From the IMG/VR virus record IMGVR_UViG_2695420521_000002, positions 32,001 to 96,000 of that record: DNA of 64,000 nt, one strand, 5' to 3'. The position numbers and the translations under genes were made by a program. Each line of letters starts with the position of its first letter. The stretch's first letter is position 1. Positions 1 through 8,909 of the stretch are shown here, piece after piece. The notes under the pieces are model-generated. The model did not search any database, was not told the origin of the DNA, and saw only the letters and a list, made by a program, of their open reading frames with translations. Source of the stretch: a virus (Duplodnaviria > Heunggongvirae > Uroviricota > Caudoviricetes).

Positions 1-44
1 TTAGGTCCGAAGAGGAGTTTACGTCCAGCTGCGCATAAAAATCA

Positions 45-61
45 AGAATTATTAGAGCAAT
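45..61 (-). promoter_or_regulatory. C1 repressor operator-like 17-mer
   Basis: agaattattagagcaat on + strand; 15/17 to reverse complement of P1 C1 consensus ATTGCTCTAATAAATTT. Confidence 0.6.
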
Positions 62-127
62 AAGTTTTGAGAGAAAAATCCCACTCCACCAGCAAAAAAC
101 TGGATTGTTTTTCATAGTTGTTTGACA

Positions 128-144
128 ATTGCTCTAATAAATTA
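128..144 (+). promoter_or_regulatory. C1 repressor operator-like 17-mer
   Basis: attgctctaataaatta; 16/17 to consensus; faces the 45..61 site, upstream of coi-c1. Confidence 0.65.
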
Positions 145-382
145 TAGTTTTGCCGCCGTTTCGTAATACAACTTGGGATTCACTATTTAATGTGTCTTCA
201 GCGTTGTAGAGCGGCTCAGAAGGAAATGAGCAAACAGGGAAACCTTATACAACGGCATTACAGCTATGCATTGCTCATCTTACACACAGCGCAATGTTGT
301 TAGATTACCCCAGCATGGATCATGGGTGAAACAGTAGGTCAGAGCTCCAGGCTCTGTGTTGTCAATACAGTGAGGCATAATT

Positions 383-592
383 ATGGCTTTCATTCAACCA
401 ACCATCGACGACGTTAGACATTGCTCTAACGCTTTATCTGTAGACCCTGCCGAAACCGACGCAGCCCGCGCCATTGCTGAACACTACTCAAAGATATCCA
501 ATCAGGAGTACCGCATCACCCAAGACGACCTGGATGACCTCACTGACACAATCGAATATCTCATGGCAACTAACCAGTTAGACTCACAATAA
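383..592 (+). CDS. coi: Coi, C1 inactivator
   Basis: 69-aa ORF immediately upstream of c1; size and position match P1 coi. Confidence 0.8.
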   Translation: MAFIQPTIDDVRHCSNALSVDPAETDAARAIAEHYSKISNQEYRITQDDLDDLTDTIEYLMATNQLDSQ

Positions 593-702
593 ATGCACTA
601 ATAAATCTATTATTTTTGTTTGATCCCTCTATAATATAGGTCAGTAATGACCGGTTTTCTCAGCCGGGCGTTATTGACCATGTCAATTCTGGAGGAGGAT
701 CA

Positions 703-1554
703 ATGATAAATTATGTCTACGGCGAACAACTGTACCAGGAGTTCGTCAGCTTCAGGGATCTCTTTCTAAAAAAAGCTGTTGCACGCGCCCAACACGTTGA
801 TACCGCCAGCGACGGTCGTCCTGTACGCCCGGTTGTCGTTCTACCGTTCAAAGAAACGGACAGCATTCAGGCTGAAATTGATAAATGGACTTTAATGGCG
901 CGGGAACTGGAACAGTACCCAGACCTCAATATCCCAAAGACTATTTTATATCCAGTGCCTAACATCCTTCGCGGTGTGCGCAAGGTTACAACTTATCAGA
1001 CAGAAGCTGTGAACAGCGTCAACATGACCGCTGGCCGCATTATTCATCTGATTGATAAGGACATTCGCATCCAAAAAAGCGCGGGGATCAATGAGCACAG
1101 TGCGAAATACATAGAGAACCTGGAAGCAACAAAAGAGCTAATGAGGCAGTACCCGGAGGATGAAAAATTCCGTATGCGTGTACACGGCTTTAGCGAAACA
1201 ATGCTGCGCGTCCACTACATCTCCAGTAGCCCTAACTACAATGATGGTAAATCAGTTAGTTACCATGTACCGCTGTGTGGCGTGTTTATCTGCGATGAAA
1301 CTCTCCGTGATGGAATCATCATCAACGGTGAATTCGAAAAAGCAAAATTTAGCCTTTATGACTCCATAGAACCGATCATCTGCGACCGCTGGCCGCAAGC
1401 AAAAATATATCGCCTGGCAGATATTGAAAATGTAAAAAAACAAATTGCCATCACTCGCGAAGAGAAAAAGGTTAAGTCAGCCGCATCAGTTACGCGCAGC
1501 CGTAAAACCAAGAAGGGGCAGCCAGTAAACGACAACCCCGAAAGCGCGCAATAA
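703..1554 (+). CDS. c1: C1 primary immunity repressor
   Basis: 283-aa ORF recognised as P1 C1 (MINYVYGEQLYQEF...); cognate operators scattered through the window. Confidence 0.9.
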   Translation: MINYVYGEQLYQEFVSFRDLFLKKAVARAQHVDTASDGRPVRPVVVLPFKETDSIQAEIDKWTLMARELEQYPDLNIPKTILYPVPNILRGVRKVTTYQTEAVNSVNMTAGRIIHLIDKDIRIQKSAGINEHSAKYIENLEATKELMRQYPEDEKFRMRVHGFSETMLRVHYISSSPNYNDGKSVSYHVPLCGVFICDETLRDGIIINGEFEKAKFSLYDSIEPIICDRWPQAKIYRLADIENVKKQIAITREEKKVKSAASVTRSRKTKKGQPVNDNPESAQ

Positions 1555-1557
1555 ATT

Positions 1558-1579
1558 ATGCCCGGCATCAACCGGGCAT
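1558..1579. terminator. bidirectional hairpin between convergent c1 and ant
   Basis: 8-bp stem atgcccgg/ccgggcat with 6-nt loop, AT-rich flanks. Confidence 0.5.
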
Positions 1580-1586
1580 TCTTCCA

Positions 1587-2702
1587 TTATTCAGCCGCCA
1601 CCGGTTTTAACAAGCCAGCATCGAGCAGTTTACGCGTCAACCACTGCTGGCCTTTCCCCGTTAATTGAGGCGTCAACCGTATCTGGTAGCCATCTTCATC
1701 ATCCAGCACCACTTCTTTCACCGTGAAATACCCGGCGTTGATGTATTGCTGGAACGGCACATTTTTACGTCCGCCGGACGCAATCAGGATGCCGTTCTCC
1801 CGTAACCAGGCAAACAGCGCGTTTTGCTTAAGTCCAACAACCTTTGCAAAATTTCCAATCAGGATCCCCTTGGCCACTGATACCCGGTCGGCAAAATCGA
1901 CCTTAGGGGCGGCGGCCACCAGCTGCTGATTTAGCTGGTGGGCTTTCTGTTCCAGAAGTTGCTTTTGTTCAGCCAGTTCGGCAGCCAGACGCAGGGCTTC
2001 TGGAAGCGTCTGGGGGATTGTGACCGGTTGCTGTTCTTTTTGTCGGAAGTAGCTGTCTTCCAGTTTTTCAAAGAATGCCCATGCCTGATCGGTTTCGAGC
2101 ATTTTAGCGTGACGGGCAGCGCCGCGTTCTGTCCAGAGAGTGAGTGAGCGGGCTTTGGGTGAGACTGGATTTTGTGAGTAGTTTAAAGCTACCCGCAAAT
2201 TTTTCAGCTCATCGCCAATAACCTTGAAAAAGTGCTTCCCTTCAACAAAGCGCACTTTGTTCTCATGATGATTCTGGCGAATACGGATTGTTTCTGTCCC
2301 ATACCCTTTAGCAAGAGTCTCGGTTGTCACTACACGCACCCCCTGCCACTCCAGAACGGGAATTTCATCAGGCTGATTTTGAGCAACCACCAGCTCCGAT
2401 TCCTGAACTGAAGTTGCATGAATTTTTTCTGATTTAACGTTAGTTGCTTTCATTCTGTGTGCCTCCTTGCATGCTTCGGCTGCGATGGTTGCGTAATTCA
2501 GATGCCCCTGTTCGAGCAGGTATTCGCGGATATCAGACAACAGGATACGGTGAACCGCGTTCTTGTCCTTTCTCCGGTAAAGTTGTTTGGTGATCATGAA
2601 GTAGTTGGCAATAACGCCCGGTATATCCCTGGTACTGATACAGGCAGTGTGCTGTTCAATTGCCTCGATCATCTCTTCACGGGTGACTAATGACGTTCTC
2701 AT
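1587..2702 (-). CDS. ant: antirepressor Ant (full length, KilAC-type C-terminal domain)
   Basis: 371 aa; C-terminal region shared with KilA and with the second ant; internal GGAGG + ATG at Met84 (2451..2453) would give a nested 288-aa product, the Ant1/Ant2 pattern. Confidence 0.75.
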   Translation of the reverse strand: MRTSLVTREEMIEAIEQHTACISTRDIPGVIANYFMITKQLYRRKDKNAVHRILLSDIREYLLEQGHLNYATIAAEACKEAHRMKATNVKSEKIHATSVQESELVVAQNQPDEIPVLEWQGVRVVTTETLAKGYGTETIRIRQNHHENKVRFVEGKHFFKVIGDELKNLRVALNYSQNPVSPKARSLTLWTERGAARHAKMLETDQAWAFFEKLEDSYFRQKEQQPVTIPQTLPEALRLAAELAEQKQLLEQKAHQLNQQLVAAAPKVDFADRVSVAKGILIGNFAKVVGLKQNALFAWLRENGILIASGGRKNVPFQQYINAGYFTVKEVVLDDEDGYQIRLTPQLTGKGQQWLTRKLLDAGLLKPVAAE

Positions 2703-2920
2703 AGCCCCTCCTGAGCCGAAGCGTTAACAGGGAGGCACCAGTAACTGAGAGAATTGCGTGAATCAGTGGAAAAACGGGCAGAGAAAATACATGGGGCGTC
2801 AGGAAGCTGAGAGCGGGCCTCATCTTCTGTTGTTGCGATAACGAAGTGATAGTGACGTTTCTGGCAGGAGTAAAAGCGCCAGATAAATTCAGGGTGAGTT
2901 GGGGTAGGGATAGTAGCCAT
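2699..2920 (-). CDS. icd: Icd-like cell division inhibitor
   Basis: 73 aa, immediately upstream of ant with 4-nt overlap; paralog of 50823..51044. Confidence 0.7.
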   Translation of the reverse strand: MATIPTPTHPEFIWRFYSCQKRHYHFVIATTEDEARSQLPDAPCIFSARFSTDSRNSLSYWCLPVNASAQEGL

Positions 2921-3258
2921 AATGGCAGCCTCCTTTTGCTAACTTAAGGAGCTACCGCGTGAGGTTCCAATCTCAATGGCGGTAGCACTGACTGGGTTGG
3001 AACTACCGGCGCAAAAGGGAACCGGCCTGCCTTTCGGCAGCCCAGCCAGCACTACCATTGATCTCGGAGCTATGTGCTACGTATGGCTGTGCGATGGCAT
3101 GACACAAAAAAAGACGCTTTTGGCGTCTGTGTCGCCTTTTGCATTATCCGGGGTTCCAATCCCGGCACCCGTTTTAATGAGGTGCCTGATAAGCATAAAC
3201 CGAAAATGCCTCAAGGCGCAAGAGGTCAGGTTCAATGTAACACCGGCAGTCAAAAAAC
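2921..3258 (-). ncRNA. leader expected to encode a c4-like antisense repressor RNA (boundaries not determined)
   Basis: non-coding stretch between C1 operator and icd, stem-loops, internal terminator; inferred from P1 immI architecture. Confidence 0.3.
3105..3128 (-). terminator. intrinsic terminator-like hairpin inside the c4-like leader
   Basis: on - strand stem agacgc/gcgtct followed by T7 run; similar GACACAAAAA-hairpin arrangement upstream of the other icd. Confidence 0.45.
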
Positions 3259-3259
3259 A

Positions 3260-3276
3260 CAATTTATTAGAGCAAG
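3260..3276 (-). promoter_or_regulatory. C1 operator-like 17-mer (Op51-like)
   Basis: caatttattagagcaag; 15/17; directly downstream of pacB stop, upstream of c4-like/icd/ant on - strand. Confidence 0.6.
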
Positions 3277-3281
3277 TTTTT

Positions 3282-4766
3282 TTACTCATTAAGCCATGCC
3301 AGAGCTTCATCAACCTGCGCTTCGTCTTCAACGCTAAGCACTTCATCCTGGGGAACATAGTTCGCCAACATAGCGAAACAATATGTATCCCAATGGTCCG
3401 GTGAGTGCAGGTTGAGTTTTTTCTTCATGTCTTCCTTTGACATCACCTTCCATTGACCTGCGGAATTTATCCCTACCGGTATCTTTGATGCTTCCTCTAT
3501 AGTCGCAGCCCCCTTATCAAGCCGCATACGCCCTGATTTTACAGCTTCTGCCGCCTGAATATTCGCGAAAGCGCGCATATCGAAATAAAGGCTTTTATCT
3601 TCGCGGCTGTGCATCTTTTTACCCCAGCGGATACGCTGGACGGTAATACCATAGCGTTCGTACATCAGATCAGCCGTCGATTTCCCCAAGCCATCGCCAT
3701 CAATAGCTATGGTTATGTTCGGGAACCGTTCTGGGTTACATTCTGCGAAAATCTTGGCTGCTAACTGCGTTTCTGTAACGTCTGTGTATTCCAGCATACG
3801 ATAGCTGATTACACGGCGTTTATTTCGCTGGCCGGACACCATCATGATATTGATAACTGACTTATCTCGTCCTGTGCCACCAGCAACGTCAACACATGCA
3901 ACCCAGCCCCATCCTTTGGCAATCTTGACCTTCCGCCGCGTCGCCCGCTCAACCTCATCACGACCAAGAAGAAAGCCATCTTGAGATTTGGGAAATTCAC
4001 CACGTACTTTGATCATGTACATGGGGTTATCACGACCGCCATACTCCGCAAGTTTTGCTCGTATAAATTTTGCATCTACAAGCGGAGATTCTTCACTATT
4101 CAGTATTATCGCAGTAAACAATCCATCAGGATTTCCCGGGCGAATAGCTAGTCTGTGGTGTGAATCGTAGAAATAGCCTGAAGGTCGCGTAGGCTGGGAA
4201 AGAAGCAGAATACGGTTATCCTTACCGGTCAGCGCACCTGTTATCACACTGAATGCTTTATCACTCACACCCGACGCTTCGTCGATGATATACAAGAGAT
4301 GATCGGCGTGTTCACCAGCCAACGCCTCCTCATTTCCGGGGCGACAGGACTTTATCAATATTGTCCAAACACCCTTGCCAGTCACCTCAAAAAAAGACGT
4401 TTCTGTAAGAATGAAATACTTCGACAACCACGGGAATCTGCTAACAGCAGTAGCCCAATTGCTCTTTATGTATTTGAAAATACCATCAAGGACTTGCTGT
4501 CTTTTGTTAGCGACCAGAATGACGCGAGCGCCGGGGAAAAACATGATGAAGAGTATTGCAATGATACTCGTCATATCCGACTTACCAGTACCATGGCCGG
4601 AGGTCACACTTGTCCAACTGCCGTCCTGCTGCGTGGACTCAATGATCTCATCCTGCTGCCAGGTTGGTGTCTTCCCAAACAACACATCAGCGGCCGCAAT
4701 CCAGTCATAACGATATAGCGCCACCAGCTCGCGCCAACGTGGGTCCGTTACGCAACTTCTGGCCAT
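3282..4766 (-). CDS. pacB: terminase large subunit PacB
   Basis: 494 aa, Walker A GHGTGKS, nuclease-like C-terminus; size and position as P1 PacB. Confidence 0.85.
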   Translation of the reverse strand: MARSCVTDPRWRELVALYRYDWIAAADVLFGKTPTWQQDEIIESTQQDGSWTSVTSGHGTGKSDMTSIIAILFIMFFPGARVILVANKRQQVLDGIFKYIKSNWATAVSRFPWLSKYFILTETSFFEVTGKGVWTILIKSCRPGNEEALAGEHADHLLYIIDEASGVSDKAFSVITGALTGKDNRILLLSQPTRPSGYFYDSHHRLAIRPGNPDGLFTAIILNSEESPLVDAKFIRAKLAEYGGRDNPMYMIKVRGEFPKSQDGFLLGRDEVERATRRKVKIAKGWGWVACVDVAGGTGRDKSVINIMMVSGQRNKRRVISYRMLEYTDVTETQLAAKIFAECNPERFPNITIAIDGDGLGKSTADLMYERYGITVQRIRWGKKMHSREDKSLYFDMRAFANIQAAEAVKSGRMRLDKGAATIEEASKIPVGINSAGQWKVMSKEDMKKKLNLHSPDHWDTYCFAMLANYVPQDEVLSVEDEAQVDEALAWLNE

Positions 4767-5959
4767 TAATCATCATCCCCGTACAGTTTGCGGGTAACTT
4801 CTTCGTCTTCCTCCTCGTCTTCGTCCAGATCCTGTTCAAGCCATGCTTCGTTTGATATGCCTTCCGCATCGACATCACCATAACCACCTGTATCGACGAT
4901 ATCGGCAATTTCTTCTCTACGATGCTCAATCCACAATGCGGCATCAGCGCGGCGGCTGGCGGCCCGTTCTCGCGCGATTTTATCCAGATCTTCAAGTGAT
5001 GGAGCGCCAGATGCTGTTTGGTTTTCCTCATCATCGGTATTGGTCTTAGGAGCACGCAGATCGGCTTTGATTTGCTCCAGCATCAGGGGCGGCACTTTTC
5101 CGCCATGCGCCTCGATGAATTCAGCAGCTTCCAGCACTGACCAGTTATTTTCACGCTTTCGTTCGTATGCCAGCTTAACAATGCCAGCTTGCCCCATAGA
5201 TAAAGCGTGCTTTTCCGCCTCCCGGCTTTCTTTTCGATAGTTATTCCGGATGCTATAAATGGTGTTGATCAGGCTGCTTATCTGCGCGGAACAGCTGTTT
5301 AGCATGCTCGCGATACGGTATTCAGGCGGAGTACCTTCATCATCGTCTTTTTGCTGATCGCGCATTTCCTGCACCAGGCGAATACACGTATCCCGGGCGT
5401 TCTCCAGCATAAGGAGATGAGAAAGAGACTTTTCAAGAAGAGTGGTTTCCAGAACATCGGCCCCGGACCGACGCAACATAGCGCGCGCGGCCTTCCGCGC
5501 TTCAACGTTATCTATCAGGTAATCGCCAGCTTCGAATTCAAAGCGTTCACCATCATCATCCAGGGTGTCGCGTTCCAGGCGATCACGTAAGGTCCGGTGG
5601 GCGCGGGTGATCACGTCATGATCATCTGAACGATCATTTATGCGCTTATTTTGGCGCTTCGCATTCTCGACTGCGGCACTGATAACGGCATTAACTCTTT
5701 GTTTTTCCGCTATTTCAGCCGCAATGTGATCACCTGCATGTTGATCATTAGAGTGATCAATGATCATGCTTTTTAGTGGCTTCCTGACTGGCTTATTTGG
5801 CTTGCGGCTGTCCGCTGTCCTGGTGTCTTCTTTAAAGGCACGGAGATAACGACGTGCAGTATTAGGGTTAAGATTAAACTCGGCGGCATACTGTGCGATG
5901 GTGTAACCACCATCTCGCGCCAGGCGAGCAAAATTCTTCTTGTGATCGTCCCAGGTCAC
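4766..5959 (-). CDS. pacA: terminase small subunit / pac recognition protein PacA
   Basis: 397 aa; contains the pac hexamer cluster within its coding sequence. Confidence 0.85.
   Translation of the reverse strand: MTWDDHKKNFARLARDGGYTIAQYAAEFNLNPNTARRYLRAFKEDTRTADSRKPNKPVRKPLKSMIIDHSNDQHAGDHIAAEIAEKQRVNAVISAAVENAKRQNKRINDRSDDHDVITRAHRTLRDRLERDTLDDDGERFEFEAGDYLIDNVEARKAARAMLRRSGADVLETTLLEKSLSHLLMLENARDTCIRLVQEMRDQQKDDDEGTPPEYRIASMLNSCSAQISSLINTIYSIRNNYRKESREAEKHALSMGQAGIVKLAYERKRENNWSVLEAAEFIEAHGGKVPPLMLEQIKADLRAPKTNTDDEENQTASGAPSLEDLDKIARERAASRRADAALWIEHRREEIADIVDTGGYGDVDAEGISNEAWLEQDLDEDEEEDEEVTRKLYGDDD
5580..5766. other. pac: pac packaging site: two clusters of TGATCA/G hexamers (Dam sites)
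   Basis: hexamers at 5580, 5608, 5619, 5631 and at 5727, 5742, 5754, 5761 flanking a ~90-bp core; matches known P1 pac architecture. Confidence 0.7.
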
Positions 5960-6040
5960 TTATGCTTCCTTTCGTAAAAACTCTTTTTGACGCGAGGGTA
6001 ACGAAAGTCACATGTCAAAAGGCCCGGAACGGGCAAGCAA

Positions 6041-6493
6041 TCAGATACGTGCGGATGTGGCATTACCGTAATGACGGTGCTGACGGGCCACCTTATTGAA
6101 AAGTTGACGCGCCATTACCCAAGGCTGGTGCTCCCGGCGTTCCTTTTCGTCCTGCGTCATATAGAGTTCGTTCTGGAGTTTTTCATCAAACCGGCGCGGC
6201 GCGCGGCTGCGGCGAAAGAATTCAGGATTCAGAGAGTGGATCTGAAATCTGCGTGGGCGTGTACTGTCATCAATCAAAACAGACGAATACTTAGACACAG
6301 CGATAGCCTTTAAGCGCAGATAAACATCGCGCTTATCGACATCCAGATGCGGGTATTCCTTTTCAAGAATTGCTGCGAGTTCTTTCGCTGATAGAAGAGA
6401 TTTAGTGCGGATCATGTAATCCGCAATCTCGTACGATGTTATTCGTGAGTGATTTATTTCCATGAAGTGGCGTCCCTGCCAGTTAAGTAACAT
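6041..6493 (-). CDS. lpa: putative late promoter activator (Lpa-like) by position and size
   Basis: 150-aa basic protein directly upstream of pacA, preceded by a C1 operator; no domain recognised. Confidence 0.45.
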   Translation of the reverse strand: MLLNWQGRHFMEINHSRITSYEIADYMIRTKSLLSAKELAAILEKEYPHLDVDKRDVYLRLKAIAVSKYSSVLIDDSTRPRRFQIHSLNPEFFRRSRAPRRFDEKLQNELYMTQDEKERREHQPWVMARQLFNKVARQHRHYGNATSARI

Positions 6494-6563
6494 CCTGTCA
6501 CCTACTGATTAGCCCATGTCAACTAATCAACGTGGAATATAATACCCTCGATTAAAGAAATAG

Positions 6564-6580
6564 CAATACATTAGAGCAAT
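6564..6580 (-). promoter_or_regulatory. C1 operator-like 17-mer
   Basis: caatacattagagcaat; 14/17; upstream of lpa-like/pacAB operon. Confidence 0.5.
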
Positions 6581-6581
6581 T

Positions 6582-7625
6582 TTATCTAACGTTCGACGAG
6601 TGACTTGTGATAGCGCCGACTCCAAGCGCGTAATCAAAGAACAATCGTTGATGCATCGCCAGCCTACCGTGCGTCTTCTCCCAATTATCGCGGTCACGCT
6701 CAATATCACGCTGGCATGACTGGCACAGAGGAATAGCATAAATGTCATGCGCGCATAATCGACTATGACGAACGATATAAGGCGTAATGTGAGCGCCAGC
6801 TCCCGCAGCTCCACACCCACAGCATGGACGGGAAGCAACAAAGTCCATGTACTCAGGTAATTTTAGCGATTGCAGTTTTGGTATTTTGAAATGCGCCATA
6901 CCTGGGTCGGAGTCAACATCCACTGGACATACTTTTGCGCGCATCGGCGCGGCACGTTCTTCCATCATCTGAACATATGCTGTAGCGCGATCGTCATACG
7001 GGCGAATATCCGCCTCTTTCAGAGGTCCGCTATCCTGCGTTGCTGCCTTAATCTTATTTATTGATATACGGCAGACTTCTTCCGGCATCAAGTGCATCAT
7101 GTCGCGCATGAAAGCCCACCAGCACAGTTCCTGAATACTTAAATCATGGCCATCTGAAAGCCCCATTTCCTGACGGGCGACATCCAGTATCCAGTTAACG
7201 CGATTATTATGCAGCGTTTCTTTCAGCTCATTAAAACCACGCATCCTGTAATGGTTATCGTGATGCCAGCACAACAACACCGCGCTATTGTCTCGTTCTG
7301 CGTGGACAATATGGTTGTCACACCAGCTACGATCTGCGGCCTGGCATTGCCCCTCTTTCCTGCGCAACCACGCCACCAGCGCGTCAATTCCACCAATACG
7401 GCGAAACAGTTCATCGCTGTTAAAAAACGGCTGCAACGCCTCATTTGTTGCCATAGTTTGCTCGGAAACAACGAGGCCGTCGTCCATGTGCTCGATTAAC
7501 TCACGCGGCACCGGCTCCATAATAAATTTACGGCCAGCCTCCACCAGCTTTCTGACTTCCTGATCCACTTTGAATGTGGCGACGCCAAGCTCTTTTTGTA
7601 CAAAGGGAGTAATTACGGCTTTCAC
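6582..7625 (-). CDS. hypothetical protein with C-terminal Cys-rich cluster
   Basis: 347-aa ORF between doc and lpa-like gene; motif PCCGCG...C..C near C-terminus. Confidence 0.5.
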   Translation of the reverse strand: MKAVITPFVQKELGVATFKVDQEVRKLVEAGRKFIMEPVPRELIEHMDDGLVVSEQTMATNEALQPFFNSDELFRRIGGIDALVAWLRRKEGQCQAADRSWCDNHIVHAERDNSAVLLCWHHDNHYRMRGFNELKETLHNNRVNWILDVARQEMGLSDGHDLSIQELCWWAFMRDMMHLMPEEVCRISINKIKAATQDSGPLKEADIRPYDDRATAYVQMMEERAAPMRAKVCPVDVDSDPGMAHFKIPKLQSLKLPEYMDFVASRPCCGCGAAGAGAHITPYIVRHSRLCAHDIYAIPLCQSCQRDIERDRDNWEKTHGRLAMHQRLFFDYALGVGAITSHSSNVR

Positions 7626-7652
7626 ATCACACCTTTCATCACTGATTGGGCT

Positions 7653-7832
7653 TTATCTGCTGCCCGGCATTCTCTGTTTAAGCACAACCATTTCCTGACG
7701 GCATAACACAGCAATAGCAGTCCTGGCTCCAATTTGCTTACCAACCAGGTATTGCTTTACCTCGCGGCGACTCACGCCATCAAGAAGCATCTTTAACGCT
7801 TCACGGGACAATTTGTTGTATTTACGTGCCAT
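7653..7832 (-). CDS. small basic hypothetical protein
   Basis: ORF track 7653..7853; start moved to in-frame ATG at 7832 preceded by GGAG, avoiding overlap with doc. Confidence 0.3.
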   Translation of the reverse strand: MARKYNKLSREALKMLLDGVSRREVKQYLVGKQIGARTAIAVLCRQEMVVLKQRMPGSR

Positions 7833-7836
7833 TAAT

Positions 7837-8217
7837 CTACTCCGCGGAACCATACAATCTACGTAACGTGTCGGCGACAGAAGATACAGATATCTCGCCA
7901 GTTGCAGCGCCTACGGTAAGGTCTGCCAGTTCAGGTGAATCAAATACCTGCACCCCGTTACGGCGTAGAAATAGCAGCGCACTGTTTAGCGCGGTACGCT
8001 TATTGGCATCATTGAATATATGCCCTCTCGCTGTAGCCACCAGGTAGGTGGCGGAGACTTCGAAAAGGTCGGTGATCTCTTCGTAGGCAACTCTGGCCTG
8101 AACTCTCCCGATAATGGCCTCTGCCCTACCCGGATCAGACATTCCCGGCAGGCCGCCGTAGCGGCTTATATTCGCATCATGAAGCGCAATAAGTTCTTCC
8201 GGTGATATATGTCTCAT
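7837..8217 (-). CDS. doc: Doc toxin (Fic-fold kinase)
   Basis: 126 aa, recognised as P1 Doc ([22 protein letters not shown]...). Confidence 0.95.
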
Positions 8218-8438
8218 TATCGGTTAACCAGTTCCTTGTTGGTGGAGTCCAGGGTGTCAAACAGGGATGCAAATTCAGCATCCAGCGCCGCTTTTTTGTA
8301 GGCTTCGAAAGTAGCCTTGCTGACAATTACTGCTGGCTCACGGCCTCTGCGGGTGATTTCAACCTCTTCCCCGGCTTCAACATTGTTGAGCACTTCAGAA
8401 AGGTTGCCACGCGCGGTACGGAAGTTAATGGATTGCAT
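8217..8438 (-). CDS. phd: Phd antitoxin
   Basis: 73 aa from [19 protein letters not shown] track start 8444 is two codons too long; overlaps doc start. Confidence 0.95.
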
Positions 8439-8444
8439 AAACAC

Positions 8445-8476
8445 CTCGTGTACTCGTTATGTGTACACAATTATAA
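8445..8476 (-). promoter_or_regulatory. phd-doc promoter/operator with palindromic Phd-binding sites
   Basis: palindrome tgtgtacaca (8460..8469) and related site at 8445..8456, adjacent to a TATAAT on - strand. Confidence 0.6.
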
Positions 8477-8851
8477 ACTTCACAGGCATAAAGCACCAGC
8501 ACTTTGCAGCTTAAATAACCGGACAATAATCAAATTCCCCACTTCGGGCATCATTGATGACATGAGTGATCACACCAAAAACAGCATTACTGCCCGTACA
8601 TCCTAGTGTTGACGTGGATACATCCACTATCTTTGGCTATCCGCTGCCCACATGAAGTAGCTCACTGATGGATATCGAAGTAACCTTGCTGAAAATTACC
8701 GCTAGTTATTCATACTCCGCCATTCCTCCTATGCTTCCATACACCGAGTTCATGTGTTTTTAATCGACAGTAACCATCTGAAACATAGATAAGAGAATCT
8801 AAAACGAAGGTCTACTCTATGCTAAATAGAAAGGGAGGCTCAATAGAATAA

Positions 8852-8875
8852 TGGCGTTGAGGAAGTCAACGCCAT
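8852..8875. terminator. hairpin terminator downstream of adhesin gene
   Basis: 9-bp stem tggcgttga/tcaacgcca with AT-rich flanks on both strands. Confidence 0.5.
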
Positions 8876-8909
8876 TATTATTTAAGATTGAGTCATTCTA
8901 AGCAAAAAA

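Noticed and set aside
4299-5055. Several + strand ORFs overlapping pacB and pacA
   Set aside because: Antisense to clearly recognisable terminase genes.
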